From NCBI GenBank assembly GCA_013203845.1, contig JABMPE010000622.1, positions 1-62,171 on the forward strand: a stretch of DNA of 62,171 bases, in the 5' to 3' direction. The stretch's first letter is position 1; each line of letters starts with the position of its first letter. The notes below the pieces were generated by a model. The model did not search any database, had not been told where the DNA came from, and was given only the letters and a program-made list of their open reading frames with translations. Shown here piece after piece: positions 29,517 to 38,253 of this stretch. The position numbers and the translations under genes were made by a program. Source of the DNA: Rhodopirellula sp. GTDB taxonomy: Bacteria > Planctomycetota > Planctomycetia > Planctomycetales > Planctomycetaceae.

Positions 29517-30422
29517 ATGTCTAAGAAACCAATCATCGGAATCAATGGCGATTTTCGTGAAGCACGCACAGATGGCTGCGCACTGAGCTGGTTCAACGCC
29601 GGTTATTACGATTGTGTCACCGCCTCGAAGATTCAGACAGCCGGAAACAACAAAGCTCGCAACTGTCCTGGCGGACTTCCGGTCATGATCCCGCCTTTCG
29701 AAGAGACAGAAGACATTGAAGCAATCGTCGAGATGGTCGATGGCCTGGTACTCGGAGGTTGTCATCTGGATCTGGATCTCGAACTCGCTGGTCACGATCC
29801 GCATCCGGCGTCACGAACGATGCCGTCTCGTCGAGAACTGTTCGATCGCCGTCTGTGCGAACTCGCCTTCGAAAAGAAACTGCCGGTGCTGGCGATTGGC
29901 TCAAGCATGCAATTGATGAATCTGATTTGCGGCGGAACGATTCTTCGACATATTCCTGAAGATTTCGATCAGCCGTTGCAGCATCGCGATCCTGTCGAAC
30001 CAAACCTGCGGCACCTGATCGAAATCGAAGAAGACTCGATGCTGTTCGAGATTTACGGACCGGGCGAAATTCGAGTGAACAGCCAGCACCATATGGCGGT
30101 TGGAATGCTCGCTCCGGAATTCCGTATTTCAGCACGAACCCCTGACGGGGTCATTGAAGCGTACGAGTCGGTCGATCCGGAATGGTTCTGCCACGGAGTG
30201 CAGTGGCATCCCGAAAACGACACGGCTTCGCGGCTGGACATGCAGTTGTTTGAAGCTTTCGTGCAGGCCTGTGACGACCGTCGACAAGGAATCCCATTCA
30301 TTCTGCCATTTCCCGGTGCTCAGAAAGTGGCCGCGTACCACTTGGACTTTTCGTGCAGTTGGATGCAAAGTCTGGAGCACGGAACTTTGCTGATCACTTC
30401 GCGAATCATTGAACGCCATTGA
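29517..30422 (+). CDS. Class-I glutamine amidotransferase / peptidase C26 (PuuD-like) family protein; nucleophile Cys apparently absent
   Basis: GVQWHPE His-Glu motif and the overall C26 layout are present. The position normally reading G-I-C-R-G-x-Q reads A-I-G-S-S-M-Q here. Confidence 0.8.
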   Translation: MSKKPIIGINGDFREARTDGCALSWFNAGYYDCVTASKIQTAGNNKARNCPGGLPVMIPPFEETEDIEAIVEMVDGLVLGGCHLDLDLELAGHDPHPASRTMPSRRELFDRRLCELAFEKKLPVLAIGSSMQLMNLICGGTILRHIPEDFDQPLQHRDPVEPNLRHLIEIEEDSMLFEIYGPGEIRVNSQHHMAVGMLAPEFRISARTPDGVIEAYESVDPEWFCHGVQWHPENDTASRLDMQLFEAFVQACDDRRQGIPFILPFPGAQKVAAYHLDFSCSWMQSLEHGTLLITSRIIERH

Positions 30423-30428
30423 CAGAAA

Positions 30429-30462
30429 CCTCGCCGCTGACCGAAAGCGGCGAGGTCTTTTT
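30429..30462 (+). terminator. Rho-independent terminator after the amidotransferase gene
   Basis: A 10-bp perfect stem CCTCGCCGCT / AGCGGCGAGG with a 7-nt loop, followed by TCTTTTT. Confidence 0.8.
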
Positions 30463-30971
30463 GTGTCAAGAGGGCTGAACAGACTGTGAATACAGGCTTG
30501 ATTACGTCGATGCGTCTCGTGTTTGGATGGATTGGGAATGTGTGAAATCTGACACCATGTGACCGTTTCATTGGCCACGACGACACCGCCGACGTTGATG
30601 TGATGTTGCACCACACAGAGCCGACACAGAAAGCGGCAACTTTTCGTTCGATTTCAGAACAGCCCTGTGCGAGCTTTCCTTTCAGTCGAATGGCTCAATG
30701 CTGACCGACACTGACTAACTGTCCCTGCCGAACTTGTTCTCGCGGTTTTCTGGTTTTGCTGCCAAACGGCCACTGCCGTTGTCGATACGGGCTTCTCTAC
30801 GTCGTATGTTTGTCTCGGTACACGACGGCGGTTTTGCTGAGATACTTTATTTCCGGGCCGCTCAGCAGGACGGTGTAGCTGGCAGATCGTGACAATCGCG
30901 TCTGTTGTCCCTTTTGTCCCTTTGCATGTTTTCTCCACACTGATCGTTTCATCATCCGCTTTGGTAGCCCT

Positions 30972-31772
30972 GTGAATACGTTTCAGGACAATGTCACCAC
31001 TGCACTGGACACGCTGACGGCTGGCCTCCGTCCGTTTGTTTTCAGCCAGTTAAGATCCGTACACAGCGAAAACTGGCTGGTCGAGGCTCGAAAGAGTTTC
31101 AGCAATGACCGGTCGCACTCGGAGCTGGATGAAGATATTGAAAAGTGGGATGCACACGCTCTGCTGACTGTTATGTGGGATCAGTGGAATTCCGTGTTTC
31201 GTCGCAATCTGAACCTGTTTGAGCGAAGCCTGGTGGCAGAGCTTCGAGCATTCCGAAATCGATGGGCTCACCAGGGCGAATTCAACTTCGACGACACGTA
31301 CCGGTTGCTGGACAGCGTGCAGCGACTGCTCTCCAAGGTTCACGCGGCAAACGTCGGGTTAATCAGCGAGCTGAAGTTTGAATTGCTTCGTGAAGAGTTT
31401 GGTGAAGCAATCAATTCAGCGGCACGTGAAGCCGACAACAATCGCGAACGCTGGGTCATCGCGTTTGTGTATCTGGTGTGCGGCTTTGTGTTCGTGTGGT
31501 TGTTGCCGATGACATTTGGCGAGCTACTCGGAGAACTTGTCTGGGGTCCCACCGTCGCCATTGCGATCGGCTTCGGCTATCTGATCTATCAGCGTATTAA
31601 GTTTCGTCCGATTCAGGTTGGTCCTCACGAATGCCGCCGGTGTCGCCGGATTATCTACGGAACCACCTGCCCGTACTGTGCCAGTGCCCCCGTCTTCGAT
31701 TCTACCGAGTTTCGGATGAGCAATTCGGAAGGCGATTCGGAAGAAGTCGAACGACCGCGCGTGCCGAGGTAG
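30972..31772 (+). CDS. Swt1-like HEPN domain protein with two TM helices and a C-terminal zinc ribbon
   Basis: WDAHALLTVMWDQWNSVFRRNLNLFERSLVAELRAFRNRWAHQGEFNFDDTYRLLDSVQRLL carries the R-x4-H HEPN motif (RNRWAH) in a Swt1-like context. It is followed by WVIAFVYLVCGFVFVWLLPM and VWGPTVAIAIGFGYLIY, then CRRC-x8-CPYC. GTG start. Confidence 0.75.
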   Translation: MNTFQDNVTTALDTLTAGLRPFVFSQLRSVHSENWLVEARKSFSNDRSHSELDEDIEKWDAHALLTVMWDQWNSVFRRNLNLFERSLVAELRAFRNRWAHQGEFNFDDTYRLLDSVQRLLSKVHAANVGLISELKFELLREEFGEAINSAAREADNNRERWVIAFVYLVCGFVFVWLLPMTFGELLGELVWGPTVAIAIGFGYLIYQRIKFRPIQVGPHECRRCRRIIYGTTCPYCASAPVFDSTEFRMSNSEGDSEEVERPRVPR

Positions 31773-31851
31773 GTTTCGTGGCCCGTGCTGATCGTCAGAT
31801 CGCGTTTCAGTTGCGGGCAGGTTTCTGCGGGACGTTTTTCGTCACTGAATC

Positions 31852-32400
31852 TCACTCAGTGAATGATGCTGGCGGCGCTGTTCGATCATCTGCATCGAGG
31901 AAGGACTGCAGAATCACTTGAGCTGCCAGCTGGTCGCGACGCCCCTGGCGACGCTTCTTCGAGACGCCTGACTGGTCCATGCGCATGTCGGCGACTGATG
32001 AAGAGTAACGCTCGTCCCACCAGGTGACCGGCAAACCGGTGGCTTCCGCCGCCCAGACACCAAACTCGCGTGCCTGACGTGCTTTCCCGCCTTCATCGCC
32101 GCTCATGTGAACCGGCAGACCGATAACGAGCCCGCGGACTCCATAGCCTCGGGCAAGTTGTTTCAGCCAGGCGGCGTCCAGATCGGGTTTGCGAAGCGTG
32201 TAGTTTTCCAGAGGCAACGACATCGTTTGCTCGGGATTCGAAATCGCGACACCGATTCTCCTGGTGCCGAAGTCGATTCCGAACAACGCACCTGCTGTCG
32301 GCACTTCGCCGGGAGTTCTGGCGGTGTCGCTGACGTCCGTATCGACCTTCTCTTCCATATTGTCGGCGTTGTCGGCTGAGTTGTCGGCAGGATTGTTCAC
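31852..32400 (-). CDS. ruvX: Holliday-junction-resolvase-like / pre-16S rRNA nuclease YqgF
   Basis: LFGIDFGTRRIGVAISNPEQTMSLPLE...GLVIGLPVHMSGDEG...WDERYSS. The GTG start overlaps the upstream stop by 4 nt (GTGA). Confidence 0.9.
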   Translation of the reverse strand: MNNPADNSADNADNMEEKVDTDVSDTARTPGEVPTAGALFGIDFGTRRIGVAISNPEQTMSLPLENYTLRKPDLDAAWLKQLARGYGVRGLVIGLPVHMSGDEGGKARQAREFGVWAAEATGLPVTWWDERYSSSVADMRMDQSGVSKKRRQGRRDQLAAQVILQSFLDADDRTAPPASFTE

Positions 32401-33107
32401 GGTTCTGTCTCTTGCGACTCCGACAGGGACGGCAAGGACTGAGGCATTGCCTCGACCAGCAGATGCTCTGCTACCGAATGTTCGAGAGTTGTCTCGCGAT
32501 TGGGCAGTTGCAGCGTCACAACGCCGGCGGTCGAATCGACTTCCAGGATCGTCGCCACCGATCCGACTTCGAGTCCCGAATCGCTCAAATGTCGCAGGAA
32601 GTCCGAGTCCTGATTCAGCACTCGCGCAAAGCGAACCTGCGAGCCCGCTGGATTTTCGACGAGGGGACTGGTCTGCTGATCCACACCGCGCAGCTCTCCA
32701 TCGCGAGCGGGAATTGGATCGCCGTGAGGGTCTGCTGCCGGGCGTCCCAGAAAGTCGTCGATCCGGTCGATCAGGAAGTCGCTCACGGAGTGTTCCATGT
32801 TCTCAGCTTCTTCGTGAACCTGATCCCAGGTCAGCTCCAGCGTCTGCACAAGGAACAATTCGATCAGCCGATGGCGACGTACGATTCGCAGAGCAACCTG
32901 TCTGCCTGATTCGCTGAGCGTCACGCCTTCGTACGGCTTGTAGGTGGCGTGCCCGGATTCGGCGAGCGTTTTCAACATGCTCGTCACAGTTCCAGGCGAC
33001 ACCTCAAGCGCGGACGCCAGCCTTCCGGTCGAGACGTTAGCCACACCTGTTTTCAGCTCCAGCTGAAGAATGGCTTTGAGATAGTTTTCGACGGTCAGGC
33101 TGGGCAT
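32397..33107 (-). CDS. DtxR/MntR-family metal-dependent transcriptional regulator with a C-terminal FeoA/SH3-like domain
   Basis: VENYLKAILQL...STGRLASALEVSPGTVTSMLKTLAESGH...RRHRLIELFLVQTLELTWDQVHEEAENMEHS. Confidence 0.9.
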   Translation of the reverse strand: MPSLTVENYLKAILQLELKTGVANVSTGRLASALEVSPGTVTSMLKTLAESGHATYKPYEGVTLSESGRQVALRIVRRHRLIELFLVQTLELTWDQVHEEAENMEHSVSDFLIDRIDDFLGRPAADPHGDPIPARDGELRGVDQQTSPLVENPAGSQVRFARVLNQDSDFLRHLSDSGLEVGSVATILEVDSTAGVVTLQLPNRETTLEHSVAEHLLVEAMPQSLPSLSESQETEP

Positions 33108-33113
33108 GCGTTG

Positions 33114-34487
33114 CTAACCGCCCTGGAGTGATTCGAGTCGTTTCAGCGTGTCCCGATACTCGTACTGGACGGCCAGCACTTCTCCATAATGTTCTTCTGC
33201 AGCTTCGAGATCCTTTGCGCTCTCGCAAAGCCGACCGAGCCAGTAGTGGACTTCGAGAAACAGTTCTTCCTGGTCGTGGACGTCGATCTTCGGAACGGCT
33301 TTTTCGAACTGACGTTTTGCCAGCGGGTACTTCTTTTCCTGGATGAAGCAGAGGCCGAGAAGTGCCAGACATCTCGGTTCGAGCCGACTGTCACGGCTGG
33401 CCTGCTGTAGCAGCGGGATTGCTTCAGCAAATTTCCCTTCTTCCTTGAAGCATTCAGCCAGTCGAAATTTGATTCGCAAGTCGCCGGGGTATCGGTCGAC
33501 GCGACCCCGCAGCATCTCCATCTCCCGTAGGCGAAGCTCCTTTTCCAGATCTTTGATCTGCTGTTTCGCTTCGTTTGAGCCGTCGACTCGTGACTTGGCG
33601 ATATCGATATTCTTCCGCATTTTGTCGAGGCCGACGTCTTCGACCTGTTCTCTGATATTCGCGTCGCCGCCGGACAGTTCGACGGCCTTTTCGAGCATCT
33701 GGCCGGCTTCGTCGAATTTGCCGTTTCGTTTGTAGAAATCGCCGAGCCGCAGGTAATGGTCTTTGTTGTCCGGCTCTTTGCGAAGCGCACGTTGCAGGTC
33801 GGCTTCATCTGACTGGCCCGGTCCGTCGGCAGTTCCGGACTGGCTGATGTTGAGTCGCTTGGCGATCTCGTGCGGAGCCATGACACCTTTGGTGTCGTCA
33901 GCCCCTTCGTACCCGCCTCGGTCAATCACCTGTTTTGTCGCGGCCTGGTTGGCTCGCATACGAGCGGCGCCGTCGTTCGGGTCGATTCTGCAGATTCGCT
34001 CCCAGACGTCGACCGCTACTTTGTAGTCGCCACGCGATTCGTAAAGCTCGGCAAGTTGCTGCAGTAGAAGCTTGTTGTTGGAATCGCCTTCGACCGCACA
34101 TTCGTACGAGTAAACGGCGATCTCTTTGAATTCGCGGTGAATGCAGGCGGCACCCAGATCGGCGTTCAGCTGTGAATCCCAGGGATTGATCGCCAGGCCT
34201 TCTTCACAGGCCTGATCCACCAGGTGCCATTCTTTCTTGAGCTGGCCTTTTTTAATGCGACCGCGCGGTCCCATCAGCTTCATACCGCTCATTTTGGCGC
34301 CGCTCTTGTTGTTGCCATATTTCTTCTTTTCGCATCCGCGCAGCGTCTGTCGAAACAGCAGATTGTCCGGCACCATGCGTACGCACTGCATAAACATCTG
34401 GATGGCGTAATCCCAGTTCTCTTTCTGCATGGCTTCTGTGCCTCGCCGAAAGCAGTCTGCGGCCATTTTCTTGTTGTCTGCAGCCAT
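33114..34487 (-). CDS. TPR-repeat protein
   Basis: Multiple 34-aa TPR-like units along 457 aa (for example LAELYESRGDYKVAVDVWERICRIDPND and LGDFYKRNGKFDEAGQMLEKAVEL). Confidence 0.85.
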   Translation of the reverse strand: MAADNKKMAADCFRRGTEAMQKENWDYAIQMFMQCVRMVPDNLLFRQTLRGCEKKKYGNNKSGAKMSGMKLMGPRGRIKKGQLKKEWHLVDQACEEGLAINPWDSQLNADLGAACIHREFKEIAVYSYECAVEGDSNNKLLLQQLAELYESRGDYKVAVDVWERICRIDPNDGAARMRANQAATKQVIDRGGYEGADDTKGVMAPHEIAKRLNISQSGTADGPGQSDEADLQRALRKEPDNKDHYLRLGDFYKRNGKFDEAGQMLEKAVELSGGDANIREQVEDVGLDKMRKNIDIAKSRVDGSNEAKQQIKDLEKELRLREMEMLRGRVDRYPGDLRIKFRLAECFKEEGKFAEAIPLLQQASRDSRLEPRCLALLGLCFIQEKKYPLAKRQFEKAVPKIDVHDQEELFLEVHYWLGRLCESAKDLEAAEEHYGEVLAVQYEYRDTLKRLESLQGG

Positions 34488-34801
34488 GCCCGATACCTCG
34501 CAGAAGTGTCTCTGAATGCGGTTCTGAAGACTGGATTTGCCAGCTCAGGGACGGGAATCGTGACTGCCACGTCGTGAAAGTCAATCTACCAGACAGCCTG
34601 AGCACTCACCAGAAGCGGTTATCTCGACGCTTTATTTCGTTCCGGAGTTTGCGAAATCACTGTTCGCTGAACGCGAGCATGTCCAGCCATCGGTAGACGC
34701 GTTAGATTTCCTGATGCCGCGTCAGCTGAGCTGTGCAGGATCGCGACGCCGGATGTTCAGAATGCTGCCTGTTGTGAAAGTTGTGAAAACGGAGACGTCA
34801 C

Positions 34802-35194
34802 GTGGCTCGTGTACCATTTGAGATCGGATACAAGCGGGCGTTACGTCTGCGTTGCCCTCTGTGCGGCGAGGGGAAATTGTTTTCAGGCTTTTTTCGCATG
34901 AACGAACGATGCAGCCACTGCGACTTCAAGTTTGAGCGAGAGCCCGGCTACTTTCTTGGGTCGTCCTACATCAACTACGGTTGGACCTCCGTCTCGCTGA
35001 CCATCGCGTACATTCTGTTTCACGTCGTGTTGGATTATCCGAACAGTTATGTCGTGCCGCCGCTGGTCGGGTGGTTTGTGCTGTTTCCGATGTTTTTTCA
35101 TCGGTATGCGCGAGCGTTCTGGCTGACGTTTGATTGCTACTGGGATCACACCGGACTGCCGAATGATCCGCCAGATTCGGGCCAGTCTTCGTAG
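34802..35194 (+). CDS. DUF983-like zinc-ribbon membrane protein
   Basis: CPLCGEGKLFSGFFRMNERCSHCDFKFEREPGYFLGSSYINYG followed by two TM helices. GTG start. Confidence 0.8.
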   Translation: MARVPFEIGYKRALRLRCPLCGEGKLFSGFFRMNERCSHCDFKFEREPGYFLGSSYINYGWTSVSLTIAYILFHVVLDYPNSYVVPPLVGWFVLFPMFFHRYARAFWLTFDCYWDHTGLPNDPPDSGQSS

Positions 35195-35389
35195 GGGGTG
35201 ACCACCATTTTCGCCGGTCCGCGATCCATATTGACCCCAAACGGGACATGTGCAGAATACCGCGACCTGTAAAGGCATCGGCTCAATGATGAGCCGTCTT
35301 TCAAACGAGGAATGGAAGCCCGTTCTGCAGTCGCATCGCATCGACGATCCGCCACTGTGCGTCCGGCAAGGCAAAGGAGTGCATCAGCC

Positions 35390-36046
35390 GTGAAGAAAAC
35401 TGTATCCGTCGTCGCCCTTGCATGTTGCATCGGTTTGACCGCCCCTGCCATGGGCCAGACTCAGCCTGCTGCCGCAGCGCCAGTCACGCCTGTGAAAATC
35501 GGTCTGGTCGACATGGCACGCGTCTTCAAAGAGTACAACAAGTTTGAAGATATGCGGGCGTCGCTGAAGGGAGAAATGGAAGTCGCTCTCGCCGAAGCCA
35601 AGAGGATTGCCGCCGATGCCGAAAAGATCAAAGAAGAGCTGAAACTTCTGAAGCAAGGCAGTGCTGAGTACATCAAACGCGAGTCCGACCTGGCCCAGCT
35701 CAGTTCAGATTTCGAGACCAAACGAAAACTGGCCAACGTCCAGTATCAGCGTAAGGAAGCCGAAATCTTCCAGGACATTTACGTCGATGCCGTGGGAGTG
35801 ATCAAGCTTTATGCTGAGCACTTTAAATTTTCGATGGTCATGCGGTTCAACAGTGCGGAACTCGACAAAAACGATCAGGCAAGCGTTGTGAACGGTCTCA
35901 ACAAGCTGGTGATCTACCACCGACCGCAGGACGACATTACGGACGCCGTGATCGACTACCTGAACCGCAAGTATACGCCGGTGAACCCGGTACCGCGTGC
36001 TGCCGCTCAGCCGGCAACAGGCGGCCCCGGCGCCATCAAACGCTAA
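35390..36046 (+). CDS. OmpH/Skp-family periplasmic chaperone
   Basis: Signal peptide VKKTVSVVALACCIGLTAPAMGQ, then KIGLVDMARVFKEYNKFEDMRASLKGEME... (Skp-like coiled arms). GTG 35390 is preceded by AAAGGAG, and the gene is upstream of lpxC/lpxA. Confidence 0.8.
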   Translation: MKKTVSVVALACCIGLTAPAMGQTQPAAAAPVTPVKIGLVDMARVFKEYNKFEDMRASLKGEMEVALAEAKRIAADAEKIKEELKLLKQGSAEYIKRESDLAQLSSDFETKRKLANVQYQRKEAEIFQDIYVDAVGVIKLYAEHFKFSMVMRFNSAELDKNDQASVVNGLNKLVIYHRPQDDITDAVIDYLNRKYTPVNPVPRAAAQPATGGPGAIKR

Positions 36047-36133
36047 CGGTTTGTTGGGTCGGGACGATGCCTCCGAATCCTTGGCCCGGTTGCCCCGATT
36101 CGAACTGACAGCTCTCCGGGCCAGAAAATTTGT

Positions 36134-36169
36134 CCGGGGCTTTCTCCTAAAGAGGAAGCCCCGGTTTTA
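36134..36169 (+). terminator. Strong Rho-independent terminator after the skp-like gene
   Basis: CCGGGGCTTTCTC ctaaa GAGGAAGCCCCGG forms a 13-bp stem including one G-U pair, followed by TTTTAT. Confidence 0.85.
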
Positions 36170-36289
36170 TGTGTTAATCAAGAGAGACATTCAGGTCGAC
36201 GTTTTGTCTGCGGTGCTGTGGCTGGTTGCAGAGAACACTGAACTGAATACCACATACTTCACCGGCAACGGCCAGGCCGGGAGCCAATC

Positions 36290-37165
36290 ATGTCTTTGAG
36301 ATCTCAGCGAACGATTCGACAGGAAACGACAGCCGAGGGTGTTGGCTTTCTGACAGGAGCCGATGTCACGTTGAGATTTCTGCCCGCTCCGGAAAATCAC
36401 GGCATCGTTTTTCAACGAGTCGATCTCAACGGCAAACCCTGTGTTCCAGCGACTCACGAGTTCCTCGTGCCGCGGCAGCGGCGTACGGGGATTTCCGGCA
36501 ACGGGGCGACGATCGAACTGGTCGAGCATGTCATGTCGGCGCTCGCTGGTCTGCAGGTCGACAACTGTCTGATCGAAATCAATGCTCCGGAAACTCCCGG
36601 TTTTGATGGTTCGTGCAAGGCCGTGGTCGATGCGCTGCTGATCGCCGATTTCGAAGAGCAGTCGGCGGAAAAGCCGATGCTGCGAGTCTCTCAGCCGCTG
36701 CACGTAATCGCCGACGACGGCAGCACGATTGATGCCCGACCTTTCGGACGCGACGGGCTGACGATTACTTACGTGCTTGATTACGGGGCGACGTCGCCGA
36801 TTTCCGCTCAAAACTGCACGGTCAACGTCACTCCGGAATCGTTCGTCAACGATATTTGCTTCGCGCGGACGTTCATTCTCGACAGCGAAATCGCTTCGCT
36901 GAAAGCTCTGGGTTACGGACCCAGAACCACGGCGAAAGATCTGCTGGTCTTTTCTGCGGACGGAGTCCTCGACAACAAACTCAAAACCGACGACGAATGC
37001 GCTCGCCATAAAATTCTGGACTGCATCGGCGACTTTGCTTTAACGGGCTGCGACGTACAGGGCTATTTCAATGCCTGGCGAACCGGCCACCAAACGAATC
37101 ACGAACTCATGCGGCAATTGCAGGACACCGCCGCTGAACACCAGACCAAATCGCAGGTTGCTTGA
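36290..37165 (+). CDS. lpxC: UDP-3-O-acyl-N-acetylglucosamine deacetylase
   Basis: GVGFLTGADVTLRFLPAPENHGIVFQRVDL...ELVEHVMSALAGLQVDNCLIEINAPETPGFDGS...HKILDCIGDFAL...GHQTNHEL. Confidence 0.95.
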   Translation: MSLRSQRTIRQETTAEGVGFLTGADVTLRFLPAPENHGIVFQRVDLNGKPCVPATHEFLVPRQRRTGISGNGATIELVEHVMSALAGLQVDNCLIEINAPETPGFDGSCKAVVDALLIADFEEQSAEKPMLRVSQPLHVIADDGSTIDARPFGRDGLTITYVLDYGATSPISAQNCTVNVTPESFVNDICFARTFILDSEIASLKALGYGPRTTAKDLLVFSADGVLDNKLKTDDECARHKILDCIGDFALTGCDVQGYFNAWRTGHQTNHELMRQLQDTAAEHQTKSQVA

Positions 37166-37175
37166 GAGTAAATTT

Positions 37176-37264
37176 GCAGGCTGGAACAAGCTCCTTGCAG
37201 TTCCGGCAAAACAGCCAATGTCTCCCCCACATGCCGGAACAGCGCTCCGCTCGTTCCAGCCTAC
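37176..37264. repeat. REPIN-like palindromic element, family A, copy 2 (arm centres diverged)
   Basis: GCAGGCTGGAACAAGCTCCTTGCAGTTCCGGCA ... TGCCGGAACAGCGCTCCGCTCGTTCCAGCCTAC, sitting between lpxC and lpxA. Confidence 0.7.
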
Positions 37265-37304
37265 TGAGAAACCGCAGACCACTCATCAGGACAAGGATGT
37301 CCCC

Positions 37305-38156
37305 ATGCCAACACAGGTATCGCGTTTGTCAGACGTGCATCAGTCTGCCCGGATTGGCGACGATGTCGAAATCGGCCCTTTCTGCGTTGTCGGCCCCGAC
37401 GTAACCATTGGTAACGGCACGAAGCTGGACAGTAACGTGGTCATTCAGGGCAAGGTGATTATCGGTGAGCGAAACCGGTTCTGGCCGAACAGTGTGATCG
37501 GCGGCGAGCCTCAGGATGTCAGCTTCCGATCGGACGCTGACACCGGAGTCGAAATCGGCGACGACAATCTTTTTCGCGAAGGCGTGACCGTCAATCGTGG
37601 TGCTGAGAAGGAAGACCACTGGACCCGCATTGGCAACGGAAACATGCTGATGGCCAATGCACACGTGGCTCACAATTGCCACGTCTTCAACAACACGTTT
37701 CTGGTCAACGGCGTGCTGCTGGGTGGTCACGTGCATGTTCAGGACCGGGCAATCGTCTCGGGCAACAGTGTCGTCCACCATTTTGCCACGATCGGTAAGC
37801 TGGCCTTTATCAGCGGTGGCTGCCGTGTCCCGACCGACATCCCGCCGTTCATGCTGGCCTGCGGCAGCGACAATCCGGAAGTCCGCACGATCAACCTCAT
37901 CGGAATGCGTCGAGCCGGGATTTCCGAGCCAACCATCCGCATCATCAAACGAGCCCACCGTCTGGTCTTCCGGGAGCACAAGCGGATCGCTGACGTTCGC
38001 AATATTCTCACTGACGAACTCGAAGGTGTGATCCCCATCGAGCTTAACATACTTCTGACAGCCATCGAGCAGCAGAGTGCAGGTCGACAGGGCCGTGCTC
38101 GCGAAGCCGTTCGCAACGCTCCACCGGTCGAAGTCAGAGAGTCAAAAGCCGCCTGA
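37305..38156 (+). CDS. lpxA: Acyl-ACP--UDP-N-acetylglucosamine O-acyltransferase
   Basis: Left-handed beta-helix hexapeptide repeats (IGDDVEIGPFCVVGPDVTIGNGTKLDSNVVIQG...) and the LpxA C-terminal helical domain (RTINLIGMRRAGIS). I take ATG 37305; the upstream part of track ORF 37071 reads through the repeat. Confidence 0.95.
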   Translation: MPTQVSRLSDVHQSARIGDDVEIGPFCVVGPDVTIGNGTKLDSNVVIQGKVIIGERNRFWPNSVIGGEPQDVSFRSDADTGVEIGDDNLFREGVTVNRGAEKEDHWTRIGNGNMLMANAHVAHNCHVFNNTFLVNGVLLGGHVHVQDRAIVSGNSVVHHFATIGKLAFISGGCRVPTDIPPFMLACGSDNPEVRTINLIGMRRAGISEPTIRIIKRAHRLVFREHKRIADVRNILTDELEGVIPIELNILLTAIEQQSAGRQGRAREAVRNAPPVEVRESKAA

Positions 38157-38160
38157 TTGA

Positions 38161-38224
38161 CACCGGTGTACCGGGTGGGCGTCGCTCATCCGCTCGATCC
38201 ACGACTGGTGAGCAATGCTCACCC
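38161..38224. repeat. Cluster of short palindromes downstream of lpxA
   Basis: ACACCGGTGT (38161-38170) is a perfect palindrome. GGTGAGCaatGCTCACC (38208-38224) is a hairpin. GGGTGGGCGTCGCTCATCC (38176-38194) is an imperfect inverted copy of that hairpin. Confidence 0.45.
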
Positions 38225-38253
38225 GACTGATTTACTGACCGCGGGAATTCACC

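Noticed and set aside
30654-30938. A 94-aa minus-strand ORF in the gap upstream of the HEPN gene (a possible antitoxin?).
   Set aside because: It is a basic, low-complexity translation with no RBS-like sequence and no recognisable fold motif. I treat the gap as non-coding pending transcript data.
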